A stretch of DNA of 64,000 nucleotides from an uncultured Chloroflexia bacterium (GTDB lineage: Bacteria > Chloroflexota > Limnocylindria > Limnocylindrales > CSP1-4), in contig CAWEZH010000002.1 of the NCBI GenBank assembly GCA_963813535.1, positions 160,001 through 224,000 on the forward strand, given 5' to 3'. Position numbers and translations under genes: made by a program. Under the pieces are notes generated by a model that saw only the letters and a program-made list of their open reading frames with translations, was not told where the DNA came from and did no database searches. Below are positions 11,068-21,398 of the stretch, one piece after another. Within the stretch, counting starts at the first letter, position 1. Each line of letters starts with the position of its first letter.

Positions 11068-12527
11068 ATGGCGAAGCGTGACGAGATCGCCAAGCAGGGA
11101 CTCATCATCCTCGACGCCAAGGGCGTCGCCGACATCCGCGGGACGGCGGGGCGGCTCGAGGACGTCGGTGTGAGCGTCCTCCACCGCTACGGTTCGCGGG
11201 TCCTCATCGGTGAGGTTCCACCAGCGGGTGGCCGGGGCGTGGCTGCCGAGCGGGGCGTGCGCTCGTTCCACGCGGGCGCCGTGCGTGCCAAGCCTCGTGG
11301 CCTGAGCGAGGCGGAGGCCGTCGGGCTGGCGGCGTGGGATCTGCGTGTTTCGCGGCGATACGCAACCGCCAAGGCGAAGCGGCCACTCGACGGTCAGCGC
11401 TGGGACGCCGCGGGCGTCACCCCACTCATCCCGCCAGACGGCCCGCTCATGACCCATGTCGACGATGAGGGGCCGGCCCGCGCGTTCCGCGCGGTGGGCG
11501 ACGAGACCAGCGCCTATCTCATCGGCGCCGTCGCCGTGGGAGCTCATCCTCGTCGAGGGTCCCACAGCGGACCTGCAGTTCAGCGAGGCCGAGCGCACGA
11601 AGGTCGTCGCCGAGGTCCAGGAGGGATTGACCTGGCTCGGCACCCGGGAACCCAAGGCCGGTGTCTCCTTTGCCTACGACATCCGGATCGTGCAGGTGGA
11701 TCGAGCCCCGAACCCGGCGCTGAGCGGCTACGAGCCGCTCGAATCGCACTGGCGCGACCCGGCAATGGCGAAGCTCGGGTTCGCCCCGAACTTCGGGGGC
11801 GTCAAGGAGTACGTCAAGGCCATCCGCGCCAACCTCGCCACGAAGTGGGCCTACGTCGCGTACTTCACGAAGTACCCGGTCCAGCACTTCGCCTATGCCT
11901 CCAAGCCGCGCCTGGTCATGCACTACGCCAACGACGGCTGGGGGCCCGACAACATCGACCGCGTCTTCACGCACGAGACCGGCCACATCTTCGGCTGCCC
12001 GGACGAGTACTCGGCAAGCAACTGCTCGTGCACCACGAAGGCGGGCTATCTGCGTGAGGTCAACGGCAACTGCCAGAACTGTGCGACGTCCTTCACGCCG
12101 TGCCTCATGGCGGGGAACACCTGGGAAATGTGCGCCTTCACGCCTGCCCACCTTGGCTGGCGCGACACCGATGGTGATGGCGCGCTGGACCCGGTCGATC
12201 CGGTCGGGAACCCGAACCCCCTGATCGATCTGGGCGGGTTCTGTTCGCGGTTCCCGTTCATCTGCCGGCTGGTCGGCCTCGGCGCCACAGCCGGCGCTGT
12301 GGCCGGCGACGATCCGGGCTGGCGGTCCGGCGTCACCGGTGCGATCCCCGCCGAGCCGCGGGGCGAGGCGGTCCCGGTCGAGTTGCTCCGCCAGGTCCTG
12401 ACCGCGGATGAGATGGCGCGCGTGGAGGCCGCGGTCCGTGCCGAGGAGGATCTGCTACCTCGAGGCCCTCGAGCGCAAGCTTCGGACCGCAGCGGACCAG
12501 ATCGCCCGCGAACGAGCCAGTCGCTGA
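11068..12527 (+). CDS. Metzincin-type zinc metallopeptidase (HExxHxxGxxD) with N-terminal prodomain; frameshifts ~11541 and ~12452
   Basis: RBS GGAGG. HETGHIFGCPDEY, Met-turn CLM, Cys-rich segment, DTDGDG Ca-binding-like motif. Reconstructed end YLEALERKLRTAADQIARERASR* at TGA 12525-12527. Confidence 0.75.
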
Positions 12528-13024
12528 TGGATACCGCGGAGATCGAGCAAAAGGTCCTGGCGACGTCGGCGAGTGGTAATGACGCTCAGCTCGGCGGACC
12601 GGTCCGCGTCCTCGACACGGCCGAGGGCGCCGACGGTGGCTCGACGTACCAGGTGTCGGCGTCCCTGCTCGTACCGATCGACGAGGACGATCCGGACCTG
12701 ACCGGGGTGTCCATCGCGGTCCCTGTGACGGCCACCGTCGAGATCGACGACGACGGGGCGATCGTCGGGATCGATGTGCCGGTCGACGCGGCCGCCCAGC
12801 GCGAGGCGAGGTCGTTCACTCGCAACCTGATCGCCCGTGGGGCTGTCAGCGGGCTGGCGGCCAGCGGACCCGTGCGACGCGGTCCTGGGCTCGCCACCCG
12901 CCCGACGCACGAACTGACAGTCGACGAATTCGGTCGGCGGGTGATCCGCCGGACGGGATTTACCGCGACTAGCGCGCCGGCCATGCCGGAAGACACGCGC
13001 GCCCACGATGGAGACAGCCCGTAG
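12527..13024 (+). CDS. Small protein homologous to the C-terminal domain of the downstream metallopeptidase
   Basis: TGATG coupling at 12525-12529. EARSFTRNLIARGAV..PTHEL..RRTGF vs QARAFARSLVANGDV..PSHEI..VRVGF in the 13041 gene. Confidence 0.7.
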   Translation: MDTAEIEQKVLATSASGNDAQLGGPVRVLDTAEGADGGSTYQVSASLLVPIDEDDPDLTGVSIAVPVTATVEIDDDGAIVGIDVPVDAAAQREARSFTRNLIARGAVSGLAASGPVRRGPGLATRPTHELTVDEFGRRVIRRTGFTATSAPAMPEDTRAHDGDSP

Positions 13025-13040
13025 CGGCAAGGAGCGTCCC

Positions 13041-14531
13041 ATGGCGACCATCACGTACGTCCCGAACGACCCATTGGCGAGTGGCGGACCACCCACCAGA
13101 TCGACGAGGGCCAGCAACTACCCACGCGGTGACATCGCCAAGTTCGATATCCAGCCGACGGCGGTCGCCGGCAAGTTCGACCCGCACACGCCGGAGTTCC
13201 AGTACTGGCAGGCCAAGCTTGGGCTGATCGCCGGGCTGCGTGCCTGGCGCCAGATCGATGGCCGCTTCATGCGACGCTGGTTCGGGGACCAGAACCAGCT
13301 AGCCGTGCGCACTGACGCCGGCGACGACCTGAACGCGTTCTACGATCGCGACAGCCTGCAGTTCTTCTCGCACACGTTCGGCGGGGTGACAGTCAACTCC
13401 GCCGAGAGCGTGGACGTCGTGACGCATGAAGAAGGTCATGCCTTCCTCGACGCCATCCGGCCGGACTTCTTCGATGTCCCGTTCATCGAAGTCGGAGCGC
13501 TCCACGAGGCGTTCGGCGACTGCATGGCGATCGTCACCGCGCTCGAGGACCGCGCCATCCGGGACGCCGTCCTGGCGTCCACCCCGGACCTCGCGGCCAA
13601 CCACTTCGTGGAAAGCCTGGCCGAGGCGCTCGGCGACGCGATCGCGCGGGAGTTCGGAGCGGGCAGCGTCGACGTCGGAGCGCTCCGCCATGCCCTTAAC
13701 ACGTTCCAGTACGCTGATCCGACCTCACTGCCACCGGATGCCCCCGCGGACCAGCTCTCCGGTGAGGTCCACAGCTTCGCCCGGGTGTTCAGTGGCGCTT
13801 TCTACGACGTCATCCGGAACGTCTACATCGGCGGCACGCGGAAGGATTCGCTCGCGCTGCGGAAAGCCTCCCGGACGGCGGGCAAGCTGCTAGTGGCAGC
13901 CATCCGGATCGTGCCCGCCACGCCGAGCACGTTCCGCGGCGTCGGCCAGCGGATGCTCCAGGTCGACGTGTCGAAGAATCGCGGAGCCAATACGGCCGCG
14001 ATCACAGAAGCGTTCGCGGGTCATGGGATGTCACTGCCCGCCCCGGCCACGTCCCTGCCGGTCCCCCTGCCCAGGCAGACCCGCGCCGGGGCGGCTCCGG
14101 AGCTACGCCGGCGGCTCGCGGTCCCCCCAGGCACCAGGATCGAGATCACACCCGTCGATTCCGACCTGCATGGCGAGATCGCCCACGTCAGCGCGTACCG
14201 GCCGTTGCCCCTCGATGGCGCCGGGCTTCAGGGCGTCCGGATCATGGTGCCGGGCATCGCGCGTGTGGCCACCACCCGCCGCGGCCGGTCGATCACCGGC
14301 GTCCTGGGTGAGGTCACCTCGTCCGAGGGTGATGCGGCGGTGCAGGCCCGTGCCTTCGCGCGCTCGCTGGTCGCGAACGGCGACGTGCGCACCGCCCCAC
14401 GGGCGGCCCGACGGCTCGCCGCCGCTCCGCAGCCGCCGACGGCTCGGGTGCCGCACAAGCCCAGTCACGAGATCCGACTCGTCGGCGGCGAGCCGACGCT
14501 CGTCCGGGTCGGCTTCTCCCACCGGCACTGA
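13041..14531 (+). CDS. M36/M4-like zinc metallopeptidase, no signal peptide
   Basis: RBS AAGGAG. NAFYDR, VVTHEEGH, LHEAFGD, EVHSF. Confidence 0.85.
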   Translation: MATITYVPNDPLASGGPPTRSTRASNYPRGDIAKFDIQPTAVAGKFDPHTPEFQYWQAKLGLIAGLRAWRQIDGRFMRRWFGDQNQLAVRTDAGDDLNAFYDRDSLQFFSHTFGGVTVNSAESVDVVTHEEGHAFLDAIRPDFFDVPFIEVGALHEAFGDCMAIVTALEDRAIRDAVLASTPDLAANHFVESLAEALGDAIAREFGAGSVDVGALRHALNTFQYADPTSLPPDAPADQLSGEVHSFARVFSGAFYDVIRNVYIGGTRKDSLALRKASRTAGKLLVAAIRIVPATPSTFRGVGQRMLQVDVSKNRGANTAAITEAFAGHGMSLPAPATSLPVPLPRQTRAGAAPELRRRLAVPPGTRIEITPVDSDLHGEIAHVSAYRPLPLDGAGLQGVRIMVPGIARVATTRRGRSITGVLGEVTSSEGDAAVQARAFARSLVANGDVRTAPRAARRLAAAPQPPTARVPHKPSHEIRLVGGEPTLVRVGFSHRH

Positions 14532-14534
14532 CCG

Positions 14535-16902
14535 TCAACCGGCCTCCGGCTCCAGCCGCATGGCCGGGATGGCCGAAGAACTGGTAGGCCATGTAGGTCG
14601 ACGACGTCGTCTCGGGGGTGTCGCGGAATGCGGCGCGCTCCGTGCGCATGATCTCGGCGGGTGCCTCGCCACGCATCGCCCGCTCGTAGAAGCGGATGGC
14701 GATGTCTCGAGCGAGTCGGTCGTCGATCGACCACAGCGGTGCGATGACGCCTGCTGCGCCGGCGAACAGGAAGGCCGCCGCCAGACCGGCATGATCGCCG
14801 AGGAGTTGGCTGCCGCGGCCGACCTGGCATGCGTTCAGGAAGACGAACGGATGGCCGCGCAGCGGGATCCCCTTGACGGCCAGGGGATCGAGGGCAGAGC
14901 CGTCGACGAGGATCAGGCCATCCCTGGCCTCCTCGGCCTCGTAGGTGCCGTGCACGGCGAAGTGGATGACATCGGCGGCCGGACGCCCCCTCAGGAGGTC
15001 GAGGATGCCGCCGATCGTGGCATCCACCGGCATCCCCTCGTAGATGCGCACGATGTCAGCGGCCTCGGCCTCCGCCTCGGCAAGGCGCTGCCAGCCTGGC
15101 AGCTCGTAGACGCCCGATACGGCGGCGACACCCTGGACGGCCACGCTCATGGGCGGCGGGAGGGCGGGCCGCCGCTGGCCGAGGACCCAGCGCCCGACCG
15201 TCGCCTGGGCGGCAAGGAAGGGCGGGAGGTCGGGATCGAGCGGCGGATCCACGACGGCGAGCTCCCACGGGACGTACGGCTCGGCCGAGAGGAACAGGAT
15301 GGACGGCGGCCGGGCGCCATTCCGTGTCGCGATCTTTGACAAGGCGTTCCAGAACTCGATCGGCAGCTGCTCGGCGATGGTCAGCCCGATCCCGCGCAGG
15401 GCGACGAACTGCGTCGGACGACCCTCCACCTCCTGCATCTCGTCGACGATCCGACGGAGGTCCGCCGCAGGATCGCCGCCGATATCGATACGGATGGGGG
15501 CGTCCGGCATGTCGATCGTCGGATCGGCCGCGAGCAACTGGACGAGGAGGCCACCGCTCGCCTCGGATTCCGCACGCTCGATCCGTACGGTCAGGTCGGG
15601 CGCCACCTGGCCAGCCGGCAATGACAGGTCGACGCCGGGGGCAGGTGGCTGGGCCGGAGCCGACGCCAGGAGATCGGCCGACCGGACCAGGGCGACCGAA
15701 CGCACGGCGAGACCGATCGGATTGCCGTCGATCGAGTACATCGCGCGGATCGAGGTCGACATGACCGGTGCAACCTGGGCATCCGGCACGAGCTGGATCG
15801 TCACGGACGGGTAGGGGGCCTCCGCTGTGACCGGCAGGTCGATCCGCCAGGACGCGCCGGCGTCCGCGAGCCGGAGGCCGTCGGCAACGAGTTGGATGGT
15901 CATCGTGTACGCGCCGACGCTCGATGGCGGTCGGTGGAGCGCCTCCCCGACGACGCGTGCGTCCGGGCGGTCGGCGAGCCCCACGACGAGATCGAACGGC
16001 TGCTCGGCGACGACGGCATCCGGACAGGACAGCCGGGCGTAGGTCGTCCGCGGCGGATCAGCCTCGCTCCCGATCGTCGCGCCGCCGGCGCCGATCGTGG
16101 CACCGGGCCCGACGGCTTCGGGCTCAGGCACGGTCGTCGGCCCGGCGGGTCCACCGGGGCTTGGCGGGGGGCTTGGGGGGCGTGCGGCGGGCGGACCGGC
16201 TGCCGCTTACGGCCGCGCTCGGATGCCGCCTGGGTCAGGCCGCCGACGACCTGGTTGAGCACCCCGCTGATCGCCCCCGGGATCGCCGTCCAGAGGACTG
16301 CCGAGGTCGGCGTGATCCCCGTGATGCCGGCCTGCTGGGCGAACAGCAGGAGGCCGATCCCTATCACCACGCCACCCACGACGGCGAGCACACCGTTGCG
16401 GCGCCCCACAGTCAGGAGCGCACGGAGCGCCATGAGGACGCCGACCACGATGATCCCGATCGCCACGAATCCGGCCGGGGTCCCGAGCGGCGAGCGGCCG
16501 GTCACGTTGACCCAGCCGTGGACCTGGCAGACATCGGTCGCCGCGGTGACTTCGTACAGACCCGACCCGAACCGCGCGTAGTCGGAGACGGGAAGCGTCT
16601 CCGGACCATTCGGTGGTGGGGGCGATCGGCTCGTCGGCGATCGTCCAGGTGGTCGGCCAGACGCTGATCGCGATGGTCGCCCGGGTCACCGGTTCGAGGG
16701 ACTGGCCGAACACCCGTGCCACGGCATCGGCGTCGATCGGGATCGCCCGATCCGGACTGTCGGCATCGCCGAGGGAGTGCCGGTCGATGAAGACGACACA
16801 CTGTCCGATCGTCTGGGCACTGACCGGCGCGGAGAGGATCATGACGATGGCCACGCCGAGCAGGAGAGCGGCGGCGGACCGCACGCGGGGACGGGGCCGC
16901 AT
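14535..16902 (-). CDS. Membrane-anchored CHAT (caspase-like) protease: signal peptide, extracellular domain, TM helices, Pro linker, C-terminal CHAT; about three frameshifts
   Basis: Joined from ORFs 16207-16902, 15900-16505, 14314-16131 and the 14535 stop. VPWEL, VIHFAVHG, FVFLNACQVG, IAPLWSIDD. Confidence 0.7.
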
Positions 16903-16918
16903 CAGCTAGGCATCGGCG

Positions 16919-19270
16919 TCATCGCCAGCTCGGGTCGATGCTGTCTCCCCCTAAGGACTTTGTTAGGTCTTCTTCCTTCCCGGTGGCCAGAACACGCACC
17001 AGGATGTGCCACTCGTCTCCGACGCGGCGGTAGAAGGCGATCCGGTCACCTTCGGGCGAATAGACGGGACCGCCCTCGTCGGCCGAATCGTCGGTGATTC
17101 GGCTCTCCTCCCTCGTTTCGACGTCGATCGACCAGATGTCCCGTCTCGCGCGAGGCTCGTTGCGCGTGAACACGAGTCGCCCGCCGTCGGGGTGCCATCT
17201 CGGGTTGCGGTCGACGGTACCGCCGGACGTCAAAGGCTCGGGATCGCGACCTGGTACCCAGATGTAGATCGATAAGACATCGTCATTGCTATCGCGGTTC
17301 GACGTGAACGCCATCCGCGCGCTATCCGGGTCCCAAGCCGGTGAGCTGTCATCGGCGCCTCGTTGCCCCACGACCGGTTTCGGTAGACCAGCCCTGAGCG
17401 AGGAAACGCGCCAGATGTCGTTCAGCTGCTTGTTCGTCTCGTCGCGGTCGCTGTTGAAGTAGATGAACTTGTTCCGTGCGAAGTCCGGGACGCGGTCGTC
17501 CGCAGGGCCACTCGTCATCGGGGTCTGATTCCCACCATCCTTGTCCATGGTGTAGATGTCACCGGTGCCGTTGTTGATCCGCGTGAATGCGATGTGCGTC
17601 CCATCGGGCGACCACCTCGGCCACCGGTCCGGAACGCTGTTATCGGTGAGCCGGTCCGGCTTGAGGGTGTCCGGATCGATGAGGTAGATCTCGGAGTCCT
17701 CGCCGTCGGTACCGTCCGGGTCGAACTCGAACAGGATCCCCGTTCCGCCCGTCGGTGGAGCGATGCTCGCTGACGCGGAAGCGTCGCTTGGGGGACCACC
17801 CGTCGGTTGGGTATCCGATGCCGAGAAGGAGGCGGATGCAGTGCCGGAGCCTGGGCTCGCGCTTGCCCCGCCCCCGCCTCCGAAGATGTTGACGGCCAGG
17901 AGGAGCACAAGCAGGACGGCTCCGCCGCCGGCCGCGAGGATCGCGATCGGCCGCCAGGGCGGCGGCGGCGGTGGCGGCACCGGCGTGGGACGCTCAGGTT
18001 CCGGTGCTTCAGGCTTCGGAGGTTTGAATAGCTCCTCGAGTTCATCCTGGCTGAGCTCGGGGACTGTCTCCGGTGGCTCCGGTTCGGGAGCTTCCGGCTC
18101 GGGCGGCGCCGGTGGTACGGCGGTACCAGTATCGGCGGCGGGGGCGCCTCGACCACTGGGGCCGCCGCGACGTTGAACAGCACGCCATCCGGTGTCTGGA
18201 GGTACAGGACCGGCGTGCCCCATTCCAGCGTGTCCTCGAAGGCGGTGGCGAGACCCTTCCGTGCCTCGGTGAGCGCCGTGTCGACCGGGATGCCCCGCGC
18301 GACCGCGCCATAGAACGATCGGCTCAGTTCGATCGCGGCCTCATCGGTGATCTCGTACTGCATCGCCACGACGGCCGGAGTGCCCTTGCGGACGAGCGTG
18401 CCCGCCGTGCTCGAGAACACGTCCGTGACGTCGCTTCGACCGGTGTCGCACGCGTTGAGGACAGCGAGGCGAAGCGGTTCGTGGTCCCCGAGGATGCGTC
18501 CGAAACTCGTGGCCCGCTTGTAGTCGGCCTTGCCGTCGGGGCGGGCGAAGGCAACGATGCCCTCCTTGCGGTTCTCGTCGAAACCGCCGTGGCCGATGAA
18601 GTGGAGGATGTGCCAGGGGCCCTCCCACAATGCCTCCTGGAAGTCCTGCCACGTCTGCCCTGGGATCCAGGTGAGCTCGATCAGGCCCTTGGCCTGTATC
18701 GACTCCATCGCGGCGGTGAGACGGGTTCGCTCTCGCTCCACATCCAGCCCGTCGAGGTCCGAAGGACTGACCGCGACCGCCAGGATGCGGATCGGCGGCG
18801 TCACGAGGAGCGGCTCCATGCTCGACGGCAATCGGGATGTAGCGGACCAGCGGCGAACCGGTCGAGAGCGTGACGAAATCGCCGCGAACCGGGTCGAAGA
18901 GGTACTCCCACGGGAGCGCCGCGAGTTCCGCGTCGTCGCACCGGAACTTGATCCGCATGCCGGACTGCTGGTGCTTTGCCTCCTGGCGGCTCGCCTCGTA
19001 GCGCGACAGGACGTCGCCAGAGAACAGTGCGGTCCACAGTTCCTGGCCGAACTCCTGGACCGTGCGGCTCTCCGGTGATGAGATCCGGCGGCGCGTCCCG
19101 CTCGAGCGGAGGAGCGCGATCTGGAGGGCCTGCAGCCGGTTGGTGAGCGTCGGCTGGTCGAACGGGAAGCGCATCGATGACGTCGCCTCGCCAGCCGGCG
19201 ACCGCACCTTGACGGTGTACGACCCCGCTTCGCCGCCAGTGACATCGATCTCGAAATCGAGGTACTGCAC
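16919..19270 (-). CDS. CHAT protease with Pro-rich linker, single TM and C-terminal TolB/PD40 beta-propeller; two frameshifts
   Basis: GTG 19270 after GGGGAAGG. LPWEYL, HILHFIGHGG, VLNACDTG, EWGTPVLY; TM IAILAAGGGAVLLVLLLAV; repeats PRWSPDG, PAWDPD, PRWHPDG, PVYSPEG. Confidence 0.8.
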
Positions 19271-19370
19271 TGGTCGCCTTCCCCGCGCGCCCGATGTCAA
19301 GGCTACCCCGGGTCGCAAGCAGATCCGTTACAGGGGCGGTGCTATCGTGGCCACTCAGCGAGGTGGAGGC

Positions 19371-21377
19371 ATGCCTGCGGACGGATCCGGCTCCACGTCC
19401 TTCGTCGTCATCCGGACCGATTGGTCGGTCCTGACGGCCCTCCGGGCGCTCGACGCGACTGACGCGACCCACGTGATCATCGCGCACCACGGCGATCGTG
19501 GCGACGAATACCACCTGTTCACGGCCGACGACATCTTCGCCGAGCTCCAGACTCATCCGACCGAGGCCAACCTCACCTCAGTGCTGCCTTTGGCCGAGTG
19601 GCCGCCGACGCCGACGATCGCGCCGGGCGATGCGATCGGCGATCGGACGATGGCGGTCGTCCTCGATCGTGGCCGCGCGGTCGGTTTCATCGATCGCAAC
19701 GCCCCGAGCGTTCCAGGCCCGACGGCAGAGACCGTCCAGCCGGGTGATGCCGGCGGCCCCGGTGGGTGGACTGGCGAGGAGGTCGTCGAGCCGGTGCGAC
19801 GTGGCGGTGGGCACCGCGCGAAGCCGCCCGCATCGGCCGGCGATGGCGAACCTGTCGCTGCGAATGGCGGACCCGACGCCGAGGATGGCGGGACCGAGCG
19901 ATCGCTCGAGGCGGAATTTCCTGACTCGGTCGTGGTCGACACGGTGGAGTGGCTGCTGGTCTCGATCGTGAACGCGAAGCCGACAGCGTCGGGTCTCGCC
20001 ATCGAGGTCGCGGCGGGCGAATCGATCGACGTCCTGGTCCAACCGCGGCGCGGGTTCAGCGTGGAGGGTGACGCTCAGGGCACGCTCAAGGTGCCGGCCT
20101 CCGGCGAGAGCCTGCCGCTCCAGTTCAAGGTCAAGGCCCTCGACGAGGGAAAGGGCCTGATCCGCGTCCTGGCCTTCCACCTCGGCGAGCCGCTCGGCGT
20201 CATCACCCTCGAGCCGACGGTGAAGGCCGCGTCCAGGAGCCGGGCTCGCGGACGGACGACCTCGGCGCCTGCAGCGAGGAAGGGCCAGGCGCTGACGGCG
20301 CCGAGCCCGCAGGTCCCGGACATGTCGTTGTTCATCGAGGAGCGCGAGGCCGGCGGAGCCCTCGAGTTCGTCATCCGCCTGACCGCCACGGACCCGGCAC
20401 TCGACCTGAACCTTCGTCCGTTCGGGCCGTTCCGTCTCGAGGTCGAACCCGCCGAGTTCTTCGGGACGTTCTTCCAGGAGATCGACGAGCTGCCCCTGGC
20501 CACGAAGGAACAGCGCGAGGTCGCCGAGCGACGGTTGGCGGCCAAGGGTGCGTACCTGACCGAGTCCCTGATGCCCCCGGAACTGCGTGAGGCGCTCTGG
20601 CTGGTTCGCGATCGGATCGCCTCGGTCATCATCCAGTCCGAGGAGCCCTGGATCCCGTGGGAGCTCTGCCGCCTCATGGGCCGTGACGGCGATCGGGTGA
20701 TCGAGGGTCCGTTCCTGTGCGAAGCCTTCGCGGTCACGCGCTGGTTGCCCGGTGAGGGGTTCAAGCGCCCCCTCCGGCTCACCAACATGGCCCTGATCGT
20801 CCCGGCCGATTCCGGCCTGCCGCTCGCGCCCGAGGAACGCGACTTCGTCCTGTCGCTGGCCGGGGACGGTCGTGCCGTCACGGCGATCGATCCGAAGTTC
20901 GCCGACGTACAGGACGCGTTCGCGGCCGGCGTCTACGACGGCTGGCACTTCACCGGGCACGGCGCAGCGCGCGATTCGAACCCGGATCGTTCGTCGATCA
21001 TCCTGAGCGGCGAGGAGTCGTTCACGCCCGAGGACCTCAGTGGCCAAGCCGCGAACCTGGGCATCCCGCATCCGCTGATCTTCATCAACGCCTGCCAGGT
21101 CGGCCGCGGCGGGATGGGCCTGACCGGTATCGGTGGCTGGGCGCGACGCTTCGTGCAGACCGGGGCCGGCGCGTTCATCGGGGCGTACTGGTCGGTCTAT
21201 GACGTGTCGGCCTTCGCCTTCGCCAAGGAGGTCTATGCGCGGCTCCTGGACGGGATGCCGATCGGTGATGCGGTCCGCGAGGCACGCGCCAAGGTCCGTG
21301 AGGATGGTGACCCGACGTGGCTCGCCTACACCGTGTTTGCCGATCCGCTGGCCACCGTCGAGTCCGGACCGAGCTAG
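19371..21377 (+). CDS. Soluble CHAT (caspase-like) protease with possible degenerate CBS pair and beta-sandwich domain
   Basis: RBS GGAGG. IPWEL, GWHFTGHG, FINACQVG, FIGAYWSV, WLAYTVFADP. Confidence 0.85.
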   Translation: MPADGSGSTSFVVIRTDWSVLTALRALDATDATHVIIAHHGDRGDEYHLFTADDIFAELQTHPTEANLTSVLPLAEWPPTPTIAPGDAIGDRTMAVVLDRGRAVGFIDRNAPSVPGPTAETVQPGDAGGPGGWTGEEVVEPVRRGGGHRAKPPASAGDGEPVAANGGPDAEDGGTERSLEAEFPDSVVVDTVEWLLVSIVNAKPTASGLAIEVAAGESIDVLVQPRRGFSVEGDAQGTLKVPASGESLPLQFKVKALDEGKGLIRVLAFHLGEPLGVITLEPTVKAASRSRARGRTTSAPAARKGQALTAPSPQVPDMSLFIEEREAGGALEFVIRLTATDPALDLNLRPFGPFRLEVEPAEFFGTFFQEIDELPLATKEQREVAERRLAAKGAYLTESLMPPELREALWLVRDRIASVIIQSEEPWIPWELCRLMGRDGDRVIEGPFLCEAFAVTRWLPGEGFKRPLRLTNMALIVPADSGLPLAPEERDFVLSLAGDGRAVTAIDPKFADVQDAFAAGVYDGWHFTGHGAARDSNPDRSSIILSGEESFTPEDLSGQAANLGIPHPLIFINACQVGRGGMGLTGIGGWARRFVQTGAGAFIGAYWSVYDVSAFAFAKEVYARLLDGMPIGDAVREARAKVREDGDPTWLAYTVFADPLATVESGPS

Positions 21378-21398
21378 GTCCGGAGCTGGCCCGACGCG

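Noticed and set aside
11456-13024. 522-aa ORF as a single protein
   Set aside because: It begins out of frame with the real start at 11068 and appears to cross an indel near 12452. An alternative frame gives a helical C-terminus ending in a TGATG overlap, which favours two genes.
14535-21377. Type III-E CRISPR (TPR-CHAT) system
   Set aside because: The CHAT proteins lack TPRs, and no Cas7-11 or array is in the window.
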